A DNA stretch of 62,314 bases, filler included, from Globobulimina sp. (lineage: Eukaryota), in the NCBI GenBank assembly GCA_003354225.1. It is 15 parts of 15 records of this genome, joined end to end, with 100 filler letters (N's around TTAATTAATTAA, not from the genome) between each part and the next. Parts side by side here need not be neighbours in the genome. Positions count along the whole stretch, not along the records: positions 24,978 to 29,039 come from PIVH01001668.1; positions 29,140 to 33,200 come from PIVH01001669.1; positions 33,301 to 37,361 come from PIVH01001670.1; 12 more parts are not named here. One strand, written 5' to 3'. This document shows positions 25,311 to 36,578 of this stretch, piece by piece; the stretch's first letter is position 1; the number at the start of each line of letters is the position of its first letter. A program made the position numbers and the translations under genes. The notes beneath the pieces are model-generated. The model was given only the letters and a program-made list of their open reading frames with translations, was not told the DNA's origin and searched no databases.

Positions 25311-25902
25311 CACTTCTAAAGTCTAAACTTGATTTATTTTACGCTTCTTGCCACTGCCCAGTTTCGTCTATGTTATGATGTTAGCCTAGTATATCCTCCA
25401 TGGAAATGTAGAAATGGTAATATCCAAAATAAACATTCTTAATACGATCTGATCTTATTCCCACAACTGTTGTGACATTTCCCAAGACAAAGTTATACTG
25501 GATTTGCAAAGCGTTTCTCAGATAATTGAATCAAATGTATACAACTTATCGACCAGGGGATGGGGCGTTATCTTTTGGAATATATAGTTTAGCAAGATGT
25601 CATACGACAGATTCTAATGATTTTCCGAGATTTGTCAGCAATGAAGCATCGAAATCAAACATGAAAATGCGATGGTATTTGCTGTTTTGTTGTGTTTATA
25701 TTGTGCTGTGTGTTGGCAACTTTGTTTGTTTATGTTGATGCACAGTATTGTCCATCAGCGTGTACATGGAAAGGAAATATGAATACATCTCGCGAAAATG
25801 ATCTGCCTTCTCAAATCTCGCGAAAATGTGACAGAATTGTTGTAATATTTATATACAACAACCACATAACACAATATAATATTGAAATTCTAGTCATATG
25901 AA

Positions 25903-27793
25903 TCAAAACTTTGCGAGTCCGACACTACTCATTGTGTCATTGGCATCGTTTTCGTTTTCATATTCATTATCATTTAAATACATATCCAAATCATGCACAG
26001 CTTTTGGTTTTATGGTTGGTTTTTTTAATTCAGAACCTTTTTGATTATCAAACCACCACAATAGCAATACAGTGAACATTGAGAGTAAAGCCATTGATAA
26101 AAGAAAATATTGCACCTCGATATATCTGTGGGAGTCCATTTCATCCAATCCATCATCTTCATCTTCATCTCGTTCTTCGTCTTCATCCTGTTCGCTGGCT
26201 AAAATTCCGACAATAATAAAAAAAGTGCCCAAAAATAAGTTATAGCCCGCAACTCCAATGCCATACGCAGTTCCCAATGTTTTTGGGTGCACAACCAACG
26301 CAAATGCCGGCCATATAACACCACAAAAGATAGAATATGCGACGCCAATCATCAGCAATGAGAATATATTCAATATCTCATTTATAATTCCTTCCATAAA
26401 CAAATAGTGTGTAATTGTCAATAAAATTGTTGACAGTAACAATAAATGGCATCGATATCCCATTCTATCGACATAATATCCAACAAAAGGTGTCAAAACA
26501 CCTGACGTTATGTAAGGTATAGTTAAGTAATAATTTGCTTTTTTATGAGAGAAATGAAACACAGACTGCATAAAGCTGCCACCAATTTTCATCCATGGCT
26601 CGACGCAGCCATAAATCAAACAGGTATTAACCACTAATAACCAAAATCGAATATCAAATTTAGTGATATCTGACAATCTAAAATCATCATCATCTTCTTT
26701 TCCCAAATCACTATTCGAAAATGTCGAATTCGAATTGGCCTCAAATATATTAATATCGTTTTTTAATGAATGTATCGACAATGTTGAATCCATTGACTTT
26801 GTTCGCATTGTTTTGTCTTTGGAGACATTGGACATAAAGGAACTATAATCTTTGGTAAGGGTTAGATTGTTTGGTGTCATATTTGTATCATTGTAATTGT
26901 TATTATTTGTTTTATGATTTAGTTCTTGAGATTCAACTTCAAATCGTAGATCTTGAGTATTGTATAAAACTCGATGTAAAATCAAAGCAGATAATAAGAG
27001 CAAACAGATAAGCAATAATATGAAACCCATTGTGGTTGCAATTAATATTCCTCTTTTACCGCCATACATATCATAAAATATATAGGTTGTAATATCATTC
27101 ACAGAAGAGCCTAAACGAGAAAATGATAAATTTGCACCCTTAATTTAATTAACATCATTCAATATAATATAATATAATTATAATTAGAAATAGCAACACA
27201 GAAAAAAGGAAAAGGAAACTAAAATAAAATATATATAATACCAATGCAAAGGACAACTCCTTACCCTTAAAATACTCATAAATTAGTGGTGTTTCTGCCA
27301 TTACGAAAGATTCTGCGCCAACACCATATACACTGCGACCAATTAACATCAGTGGATAATACCCATAATAGGTTGCCATCACATACACCGCATTTCCGGC
27401 TACACAAACCATGAAACACACACAAATCACTACATTTACACCAATTTTATCTGTCAATAATCCGACCAGTATTGGTATTACACAATTGGGCCAAGCGTAC
27501 TATCGGTTAATAGTATTAATATACAAATGAAATGCATTCGAATCTGACATGGTTGATGTTGAAATAAAAATGGATTGCAACAGACCGCAGAAAATAAAAG
27601 TGTGTATTGAATATTGCTGATACTATAATAATATTGTAATTGCTCCTGTAGTGCCACTAAAACAAAGAAATAATTAAACGTTTGTTAAAAACAAACAAAA
27701 AACACTAGTACCTGGTATATCATATGTGTATGTATAGGCAAACATACAAATAGATAGAACAATGAACACAGTCCAACGAGACAGAGTTGCCAT
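25903..27793 (-). CDS. MFSD1-like lysosomal MFS transporter, multi-exon
   Basis: MATLSRW..YTYDIP, YAWPN, GRSVYGVGAES, EYFKGKELSFAL, ANLSFSRLGS and WPAFALVV..LGTAYG, spread across several short-intron-separated exons. Confidence 0.82.
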
Positions 27794-27867
27794 GGTTTAG
27801 CTGGAAGTTTTTGCAAATGGTAAGTTTATCATTTTTTCAAAAACTCAACATTTTACAATTGAACGCG

Positions 27868-28494
27868 ATGGGCAACGAACAAGCGAAAACGGAAAGATTC
27901 CAGAAAGAAATATTTGATCTTAAATTTAGGTCCAAACAACTCGAACGGCAAAGTAAAAAATTTGAGAAAGAGCATGATGAATATAAAAAAAAAGTAAAAA
28001 AAGCAATGGTCAATGGGCAGTTAGATGTTGCCAAAATTCATGCAGATACAGCTATACATAAAAGAAATGCCGGGAATCAAATGCTAAAATTAGCGTCGAG
28101 ACTGGATGGTGTTGTCAATCGAATGGAATCAATGTTAAAACAAAAACAAGTGGTTAAAATGTTGGGAATTGTATCAAAAGATTTAGATCCAATGATAAAT
28201 AGTAATACATTAACAAAAATGTCCTATGCAATGGATAAATTTGAGCAACAATTTGAAAATTTAGATATCCAATCAAAAGTAATGGAATCTGCAATCGATT
28301 CGGGAACGGCTTCCACTTTTAATGAAAATCAAGTGGATAATTTGATGCAGCAAATTGCCAATGAAAATGCGATGGACGTTGAGGCCTTGTTTGAAGATGC
28401 TGGGATTGGACAGAATAAAATTAAAGAAAAAATTGTTGAGAATGTAGAGGAGAAACAACAAACACAAAAATTACAGGGATTATTAGATATATAG
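27868..28494 (+). CDS. CHMP1: ESCRT-III CHMP1/Did2/Vps46
   Basis: FDLKF.SKQLERQSKK, AKIHADTAI.KRN..LKLASRLDGV, MDKFEQQFENLDIQ and VDNLMQQIA.E. Confidence 0.9.
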   Translation: MGNEQAKTERFQKEIFDLKFRSKQLERQSKKFEKEHDEYKKKVKKAMVNGQLDVAKIHADTAIHKRNAGNQMLKLASRLDGVVNRMESMLKQKQVVKMLGIVSKDLDPMINSNTLTKMSYAMDKFEQQFENLDIQSKVMESAIDSGTASTFNENQVDNLMQQIANENAMDVEALFEDAGIGQNKIKEKIVENVEEKQQTQKLQGLLDI

Positions 28495-28614
28495 CCATTG
28501 TTGCATATCCTTGCACTGTACAATCTGTCATTTCTTTTTTTAGATTTATTTTTGATGAAAACCCTTTTAATAACATAAATAAATACACACAGTTGTTGAA
28601 AAGTAAAGTCAATA

Positions 28615-29039
28615 ATGTCACGCGCCTCCAATGATATGTTATTTATACTAGTGAGTTTAATAAATATTTTTAATATATCCAATGCAGGCTGTCCTTTTGC
28701 AGCAATGATGAATAGTTATAATTTTAGTGGTGATTGGTCATATAATGTGAGAATAAACAGTGATGTGGCATATGCAATGCATATATGTCATTTTGAAAAT
28801 CAGGAAATATATTTTACTTTGGCTAAAAATAATACATTAAGTTCAAATAATGTGATTGGATTTGGTTCAGGCAATTGGTCGCAGAGTAACATGATGATTG
28901 GCGGTCAGATGTTTGAAATAAATAACGGTTCCACATCATCGCATGGTTTTGGTATTGGTATGAATATGGAAGTGCATAAATGGTGGATTCAGCATCCATT
29001 TCGACCACAACCTTTGCATGAACATGAAGGCAAAAAAAT
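28615..29039 (+). CDS. Secreted hypothetical protein, 3'-truncated
   Basis: Signal-peptide-like N-terminus followed by GCPF; open to the spacer. Confidence 0.5.
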
Positions 29040-29139
29040 NNNNNNNNNNNNNNNNNNNNNNNNNNNNNNNNNNNNNNNNNNNNTTAATTAATTAANNNNN
29101 NNNNNNNNNNNNNNNNNNNNNNNNNNNNNNNNNNNNNNN

Positions 29140-29258
29140 GAAGGTGCCTATAATTCAGCTCGTGATTGGTATTTTATTGGCAGGTTTCCTATATATTATT
29201 ATTCAATTATAATACAATAAATGATTTGGATTATAAGCAAATGATTGAGCATACTTCC
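29140..29258 (+). repeat. 119-bp terminal direct repeat, copy 1
   Basis: Identical to 33082-33200 (GAAGGTGCCTATAATT...GCATACTTCC). Confidence 0.98.
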
Positions 29259-29915
29259 CTACATTTATTTATTTAGCTGATTGTGCGAATCCACTGTCTG
29301 TATATTTTATAATGCAAAAATTAGTATAAATTTTGTTTTGTTTTGAAACATACGCTGAAATAAACCAAATAGCATCAAATGTCCCACAAAAAGTGCCCTT
29401 GCAACTATATCCACAACATAGGCAGCGCTAGGCCGTAAATAATGCTGGACCTATTTTAGGAGCTGACCAATGGACGTATTGGATCCGACAGACGGGTCAG
29501 CAACGATGCTTCATGTATAGCGGGCACTTTTTGTGTTTATTAAATCCAAATGTCCAAATATCCATTCCATGGCAACTCAAACATTAGAGAGAAGAAAGTA
29601 AAGTTTTTGTTTTGCATTCAATCAAACAACTTGACCCAACTAGACCCCCCAACTAGACACCTCACCCCCAACTGCCCCAACTGCCCCACCCCCGCCCTCC
29701 ACACCAGCCTCCACACCACCGACCTTTAGGACTCCATAATTGAAAAATGAGAACAAATGAGTGAGAACTAACAAAAATCCAGAAATTAGTGAGAACAAAT
29801 TTATTTTCAAACAATCAATATGACAAAAAAAACTGAATGATTTCTTTAAAATACAAAAAAAAAAGTTAAAAACAACCGTGGTTGTTAACCTTGTTTGTTA
29901 TACAAAAAAAAACAA

Positions 29916-32900
29916 TTACTGGCAGTGATATCCTTTTTTCTTTAATTGCAATTTTATAAACTTTGCAATGGTTTCTTTATCCAAAGGCAAAGCCGCCAGC
30001 AATCCGTTCGAATTCAACTGCAACAATCTGGGGATTTGAACAAATCCGAGCGAGAATACAAAGGCGCCGGGACCAAATACTTTGTTATATCTCGAGGCCT
30101 GGAACCTCAGTTTGTCAATGATCCATTGGGTGGAAGAGCAGTAAAAATATTTGAAATCAATCCATGTGATTTCATATTTAAAATCCTTGTCTCCGTAGCA
30201 AACAATCCATGGTTTCTTGAGATAATAATCCGGCGTCTCTTTGTAGCCCAAATCTTGTAATTCTTTCTCCGAATAATAATCAAAACCGGCGGATTTCAAG
30301 TCATCTCCGAAGTTTTCTTCTTTTGCGATGGCTGTTTGATATTTCCTCCTCTCGTAATACCCGCTCATCTCATCGTCGATGATGGCGCCTTGCATCAGTT
30401 TCACCGCATACGCACCGCGCAACAATCCGCCAATCGGTGTGGACAACACATTATTTGTTCCCGTCAACTCGTCCAATTTCAAATAACTGCTCAATTTATT
30501 TATTTCCACATCCAGCAATTTGATCGGGTCATCGTTGTAGTTCCGCGACAAGATTTTGACATTTTTCTCAAATAATAAGTTGGATACTTTTTTATGTAAA
30601 TAATTTGCGATATTTGTCGAATATCCACAGGCTTTCAAGTAGGCGATCACGATCAATGTCGGTTGGTTCTCTTCGAATTCTCGGTATCGATAAAAATTGT
30701 ACTTATTAAATTTATAAAATGTCTGCAATGCGGGCTTGCAATTTTTTATTTGATACACCAAACGAAAGAACTTTGCGTCCATTATCGCCTGTTTTAGTAA
30801 GTGATTTCTTTTGCATTCAATGATGCCAATTGCCCGATTTCTGTTTCTTTCACTTCGAATATCGCCGCCATGGCCATTCTCCGTCGCTTTGTACGACGCC
30901 AACACCTTGAAACAGGGCGGGATTTTGTCCTTATTTCGCGCGATATTGCTGACGATTTGCGACGCGATTTCCACATATTTTAGATACAATGCCTTGTTCT
31001 TATAATTGCCATTGGCATTGGAAAATTTGATCAGTCCGAAATCAATTAAATATCGACCTAAAAGTAAGTCAAATTCCAGTTTGATGCCAAATGAATCATT
31101 GCAGTCCAAATCGGATTTGTTAATAATTGTCATTGCACAGATTTGACTGTACTCGTTCTGCAACATTTTATTCGCACAGTATTTGGTTAAGTAATCATTG
31201 ATGCACTCATCACAAAAATAAATGAAAATGGGAGGCGCGCAAATAATGCGACCACAGAATAATTTTGAAAAAATGCAGGCATTGCAACCACCACAAATAT
31301 GATAATCCGACTGCGGCGCTGCTTTTTTGCCCTTTTGTTTCTGCAGAAAATGCTGCGTCGATATGTTGACCAAAGGTATGTACGCTTTTACTATCTGCAA
31401 ATTGAACAGTTTTTTAGTTTTTACTTTTTTATTCTTGTTTTTCGCCGCTTTCTTGTTATTTTTATTTTTGTGCACTGCGCTCGCTTCGTACACCACGGCG
31501 TTGCATTTCTGATGAATATCAAAGATCTGTTTGTAAATCGGATTGTATTGCAATGTATAAATGTCGCCAATGATAATCTGACCATATTCAGCTCTCGAAG
31601 TGGCCACATTGACTCTGGTCACATCATTCAAAAAGCCAATATTGCCCGTATTATTGGAGCGGCAACACATATAAATCACAATTGGTTTGCTGCTGCCTTC
31701 AATCTCATTGGTGGTACACAATAATATCTTATCCTCATTTATCAATTTGACGCGCGTCAATATGGCGTAGACACAGTCAATTTGCGCGGTATAATCCGAG
31801 ATCACTGCAATCTCTTCCTCGCTGTACTTCAATTCGACGATAAACCGCTTCAAATACTTGACTGCAGTCTGAGCCTCGACAATATTGTATTTACTGCGCC
31901 TCAGCGCTCGCGACGTATCAATCTGTTTCTGGCCATTGGTTAAAATGTGAAATTGAATATGATTCTCGTTATTTGTGAACAGTTTGCAATAGTTTTTCTT
32001 CTCTTGTTTGTACGCGCGAATATATTGCATATTGTCATTAATATCCACCGCGTTGCCATAGAATACCGAGGTGGTTATATTGTATATTTGTGGATGGCTT
32101 CGGTACTGTTTGTTCAATCGCGTGTAATATTCATTCGCTTCATCCTCGCCATCCTCACATAAATATCGTATGATATGCTCGTAAATAGAGATCCGTGTTA
32201 ATGCGTTGTCGCACATAGTCACCGGCGATAATTGTTTAATATCCCCCGCCAGGCACAAATAGCGCAGATTGGCATAGCCAACAATGCCTAAAAAGGTGTC
32301 CAATGCCGATTGATTGCATTCGTCGCCAATCGCGTGCGTGAATTCTGTCGCAAACAACTCGCGAATGCATTTGCGGTGAGTCGAATTGCCAAAGGTGGTA
32401 CAGATCATATCTGCAGATTTCAACTCGGATACAATATATTTTGATTTCCAGTCTTCCCTTTCTCGCTCATTCATGTCTGGATAATTGGGCAACAACTTCA
32501 GTTTGTAAATTGCAGCCAGATTTACACACAGTCGCTCAGTCATAGTCATCCCATCCGACTCGCAGTCATACGTTGCATTTCTAAGCACGCCATTTTTCTT
32601 CAATGACAACACTTTAATATGCAATATATTTGAATACGTTTTCGACGCAAAATACAATACTTTAAATTTCTTACGGCCGATGCCATTTTTATTCAAATAA
32701 TAAAACTTTAGTAACAAATCCCGAATGGAGGTAGGGACACGGCCCAAATCATAAAATGCGCGAATAAATCCATCACAAATGGTATTTGCATGTAACGTCG
32801 GGGCCTGCTCCATAACCGCGTTCATTCCGTAACATTTCTGGGCCAACAGCAACGTTCCTTGATTGGTAGGGGCCATACCGTGGATTTTGACTTGGGTGCG

Positions 32901-33068
32901 GCTGTTATTTCGGTGCGATTTTACACTGATATTTGCATCTTCAATCCGCCATTGCTTTGCTAGATCTTTATCCGCAGAATGTGCCTCTTCGTTGGCTGTT
33001 TTATATGGTTTTATTGCATCTTTCCACCATTTATCTGCTGTTGGAGGCGAAGGTACCACACGATTCAA
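29916..33068 (-). CDS. Upf1/Dna2-like SF1 helicase + Cys-rich Zn module + CDIN1/C15orf41 (TPD) PD-(D/E)xK nuclease fusion
   Basis: Helicase motifs: Ia MAPTNQG, II AIGDECNQ, III LAGDIKQLSP, IV LNKQYRSHP, YNIVEA, IAVISDYTAQ, VI IGFLND..RVNVATSRA. Nuclease: ETPDYYL..P..ITWIDFK..Q..RYNKVFGPGAFVFSLGF. True start unclear. Confidence 0.85.
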   Translation of the reverse strand: MNRVVPSPPTADKWWKDAIKPYKTANEEAHSADKDLAKQWRIEDANISVKSHRNNSRTQVKIHGMAPTNQGTLLLAQKCYGMNAVMEQAPTLHANTICDGFIRAFYDLGRVPTSIRDLLLKFYYLNKNGIGRKKFKVLYFASKTYSNILHIKVLSLKKNGVLRNATYDCESDGMTMTERLCVNLAAIYKLKLLPNYPDMNEREREDWKSKYIVSELKSADMICTTFGNSTHRKCIRELFATEFTHAIGDECNQSALDTFLGIVGYANLRYLCLAGDIKQLSPVTMCDNALTRISIYEHIIRYLCEDGEDEANEYYTRLNKQYRSHPQIYNITTSVFYGNAVDINDNMQYIRAYKQEKKNYCKLFTNNENHIQFHILTNGQKQIDTSRALRRSKYNIVEAQTAVKYLKRFIVELKYSEEEIAVISDYTAQIDCVYAILTRVKLINEDKILLCTTNEIEGSSKPIVIYMCCRSNNTGNIGFLNDVTRVNVATSRAEYGQIIIGDIYTLQYNPIYKQIFDIHQKCNAVVYEASAVHKNKNNKKAAKNKNKKVKTKKLFNLQIVKAYIPLVNISTQHFLQKQKGKKAAPQSDYHICGGCNACIFSKLFCGRIICAPPIFIYFCDECINDYLTKYCANKMLQNEYSQICAMTIINKSDLDCNDSFGIKLEFDLLLGRYLIDFGLIKFSNANGNYKNKALYLKYVEIASQIVSNIARNKDKIPPCFKVLASYKATENGHGGDIRSERNRNRAIGIIECKRNHLLKQAIMDAKFFRLVYQIKNCKPALQTFYKFNKYNFYRYREFEENQPTLIVIAYLKACGYSTNIANYLHKKVSNLLFEKNVKILSRNYNDDPIKLLDVEINKLSSYLKLDELTGTNNVLSTPIGGLLRGAYAVKLMQGAIIDDEMSGYYERRKYQTAIAKEENFGDDLKSAGFDYYSEKELQDLGYKETPDYYLKKPWIVCYGDKDFKYEITWIDFKYFYCSSTQWIIDKLRFQASRYNKVFGPGAFVFSLGFVQIPRLLQLNSNGLLAALPLDKETIAKFIKLQLKKKGYHCQ

Positions 33069-33081
33069 TTGGAAAGAATTC

Positions 33082-33200
33082 GAAGGTGCCTATAATTCAG
33101 CTCGTGATTGGTATTTTATTGGCAGGTTTCCTATATATTATTATTCAATTATAATACAATAAATGATTTGGATTATAAGCAAATGATTGAGCATACTTCC
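33082..33200 (+). repeat. 119-bp terminal direct repeat, copy 2
   Basis: Identical to 29140-29258. Confidence 0.98.
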
Positions 33201-33737
33201 NNNNNNNNNNNNNNNNNNNNNNNNNNNNNNNNNNNNNNNNNNNNTTAATTAATTAANNNNNNNNNNNNNNNNNNNNNNNNNNNNNNNNNNNNNNNNNNNN
33301 TTGAAAAAAAATACTGTAATTCAGGATATATCACTTTCATCCAAAATGGCGAGATTGCTGAGATTTCATTTCAAAACGAAAATCAGAAACACAACATTCA
33401 TTCCCAAAAATGCCAATAACCCGGATCATATCTTAGAAAACGGCAAACATTGTCAGAAAATGCTCTTCTAAGTTTGAAAAAGCCTGGAAGAATTTGAAAA
33501 CTCTGCAGCTTTGGTATAGATTGTTTCAACTTTTTAAGCAAAAAAATACGTCCTGATGTGTGATGCATATGTTAATTATGCGTAGCCTGCATTTTAATGC
33601 TCATAGTTTAACCATTATTATTAAACCAAGCACAACAACAAAAAAAAACCAATGAAACAAAAACACAAAACACAAAACACAAAACACACACTGCATTAAA
33701 TGTTAGAATTTTAATTTATTTGTAGCTATAGTCACTT

Positions 33738-35850
33738 TCATGGGAGTTGTCCATTAAACATATCATTAATTGTTTTTTCTTGTTGTTGATTAAGACCAAT
33801 ACCATCAAATATTTGCTGTTCTGCTTGATAACTTTGAGTATTATTCCGTAGTGGTTGTAACTCGATATCGCCGCCATAACTTTGTTTTTCTTCTTCTCCT
33901 CCATTATTGGTCACATTTGTAGTTTTTCCTCCATTATTATCATAAACATTTTCTAAAACTTCATTTCTATCACCCACGGAAGCATAATTTAATCCTTTCC
34001 CATCCATCATATCCTTTAACATCTCGCCAAAGTTAGTTTCATTCACTTTATTCTCATCAATCAAGGTTTTAAACGAACTGCCTGCACTTTTAAATTTTAT
34101 CATACACGCTCCGTTTAAGCCAAAATGTTTCTTAAATTCATTTTTCAAAAACTGTTCTCGTGCTCCGTATAATTGCAATATTCCACGCTCTGTCACCGCA
34201 TGTTTATCCGCACGATGCATGACATACAAAACCACGCCCGATCCACCCAATGTTGCCTGCTGTCGCGACGAGAAATTAATAGAAAAAAAGACTTTGGAAT
34301 TACGAGATATTTCAATATCAGATGCCGGACATTCCGCTGCTTGACAAAGAATCTGCGACATTTTATTTATTTTACCTTTATTTACTACAAATTTCTGCTG
34401 ATCCGCGTCTGTGTCATCATCGTTCTCACTCATTATTTTTATCTCCATATAATACGAAAGTGCTCGAACTGCAGAATACGTCCTTCGAATTCTAAGCGGT
34501 GTGCTAATAATCGACAAGAAAGCAGCAACGAACGCAAAAGCAGTATTTGGTGTTATTGCACCTATGGTCGTGGCATAAATGCATTGGATCACTATTTGTG
34601 GGATGTTATTTAAACAAATGGTGGCGGCCAACTTCCATTTGTTCATTTTGAGTAATTCAGAATTCGTTAAGCCGGAACAAAATAATTCTAACCCAAATAT
34701 ACCAGAGGATAATAAAAATACCGCGGGATAAAAACCTCCGCAAAGTACAACTAAAAGCATAAAAATAAATTTCCTCTCCTTAAAAAAACTAATCGCAGAC
34801 TCATTTTCGCCGGAAATCATCGATGTAATTTTACTTCCACAAAATAAATTTGTTACATATGGAACGACTATGAATACAATACAGGATATCCCACAAATTC
34901 TGATGTTTTGCGACGTGTCAAAATCTTTATGAAATACTAATTCAACGCATAGATTAATATCACTGGCAAACACAATAAGTTGCAATCCATAAATCATCAT
35001 TACATTCCAAACCGTATCATCCATCGGTATACAACAACACATTCCTTTTAAATGACAAAAGGAGAAACATGAAATAATACACATGAGCACCATAACAGCG
35101 GTCAAAATAACCAATACTTTGTGAGGAGATAACACATCGAAAATAGTGATTGGCGCTGGATACATTTTTGTGCGTTTGCAATGGCTCCCAATTTCAAAGA
35201 TTAACTGCGATGAATTACCAGCTTCTGCGTTTAGTTGCGACCAATAAACAGGAAAATATCGCCTCAATTTAGTTTGAACGATGGATTCAAAGTCTTGCGT
35301 AATTTCAGAATTTAACAACATTTCGCAATTGGTGGCATCACATTTAATCCAGCTCCCTAAAGTTATATTATTTTGTCGAAGTAAAAAGTGTGCATAGCTT
35401 TTTTCATCAATATCCTCTATTTTGTCACCTAACATATCATCAATCTGTAACCAAAACAATTGGAACCGTAAACCCGTAATCTCCATATAAGACTGTTCAA
35501 TGATTTCGGTGATATCCGCAGTAACCTCAGTTATATATTGCGACAGTATTTGAATAAAATGAGTCTCTAAATGTCTAATAACATATGTGATGTTAAAAAA
35601 TGAGTCATACGCTCTTGATATGGTTGGATAACGAGTCGGATTTTGCGTTGGCGAAAATGATGGAGAGAATGTAGGAGTACTCGTAGGTGATACTGACGGA
35701 TATGTTGGGTCATTTGTTTGTACATTGGTCGGATTAATTGTTGGTTCTAAAGTAGGCGGTGTTGAGCTGGGATTGAATTTAGGTTCCAAGGTGGGTATAA
35801 ATGTGGGACTTTGGCTGGGTTCAAATGTTGGACTTTGGCTGGGTATAAAT
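33738..35850 (-). CDS. Mucin-like PT stalk + multi-TM membrane protein (paralogue of the 21498-24525 gene); 5' end unresolved
   Basis: PTxSPT repeats. Shared motifs with the contig-6 gene: PTRxPT..Y.S...I.YVI, GG.YPA..L.SS.I.GL..F.SGLT..EL and L.N.PQ..IQ.IYA. Confidence 0.75.
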
Positions 35851-36578
35851 GCAGGTTTTTTTGTTAAACCTTTTTGTTTTTGTTTTTGATGATATTTTAT
35901 CGATCACTGGATTTTATGTATTGACTATTGAGGAATATTTAACTTTTTGTTGATGTTATATGCATTGACATTATTAACAAAGCGTATGATAAAGCAGGAA
36001 GGGGAAGGGTTGGTTTTTCATAGCTCACAAACAAAGAGAATGCAAATGATATTATATTATATCGCATTCCTCCTTTTTTCACAGTATCTTGACAATATTG
36101 AGGTGTATGATTAGGATTTAATGATAATGGTGGATGAAGATGTGTTTTTGCTGCATATTTTATTATGCAAAGTCCTGTTAAAATATGCGTTGAGTGCAAG
36201 GATATATATCTTACAACCTGAAGTTACAGATATTGCACCAAATCTTGTGGCAGACAAATCTGATATGTCATCATCTGAGCGAGTGTTATCTGTTTAAATC
36301 AAGATGACACATTTAATTTCTTCAAAATATATACCATCAAAAGACAAACCAAATGGCGAATTGAGGAACAATAACAACAGCAAAAACGTATTCTATTTTT
36401 TTTTTGTTTTGATATATGTGCTGCGGTTTGTTAACTTTCAACATGCGAAAAATAGTAAATACCATTTGAAAGGTTTAATTTGCTGTTGGATCCAGTTAGT
36501 CATAAAATAGTTCGTTTGGATCCATGGTTGGTGCAGCTTTTAGTAACAGTTTTCTAGACAGTAAAACCACTGCAAACC

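Noticed and set aside
29140-33200. Terminal direct repeat read as LTRs
   Set aside because: No TG..CA ends, PBS/PPT, gag, RT or integrase. The repeat sits exactly at both contig ends, as expected for assembler overlap.
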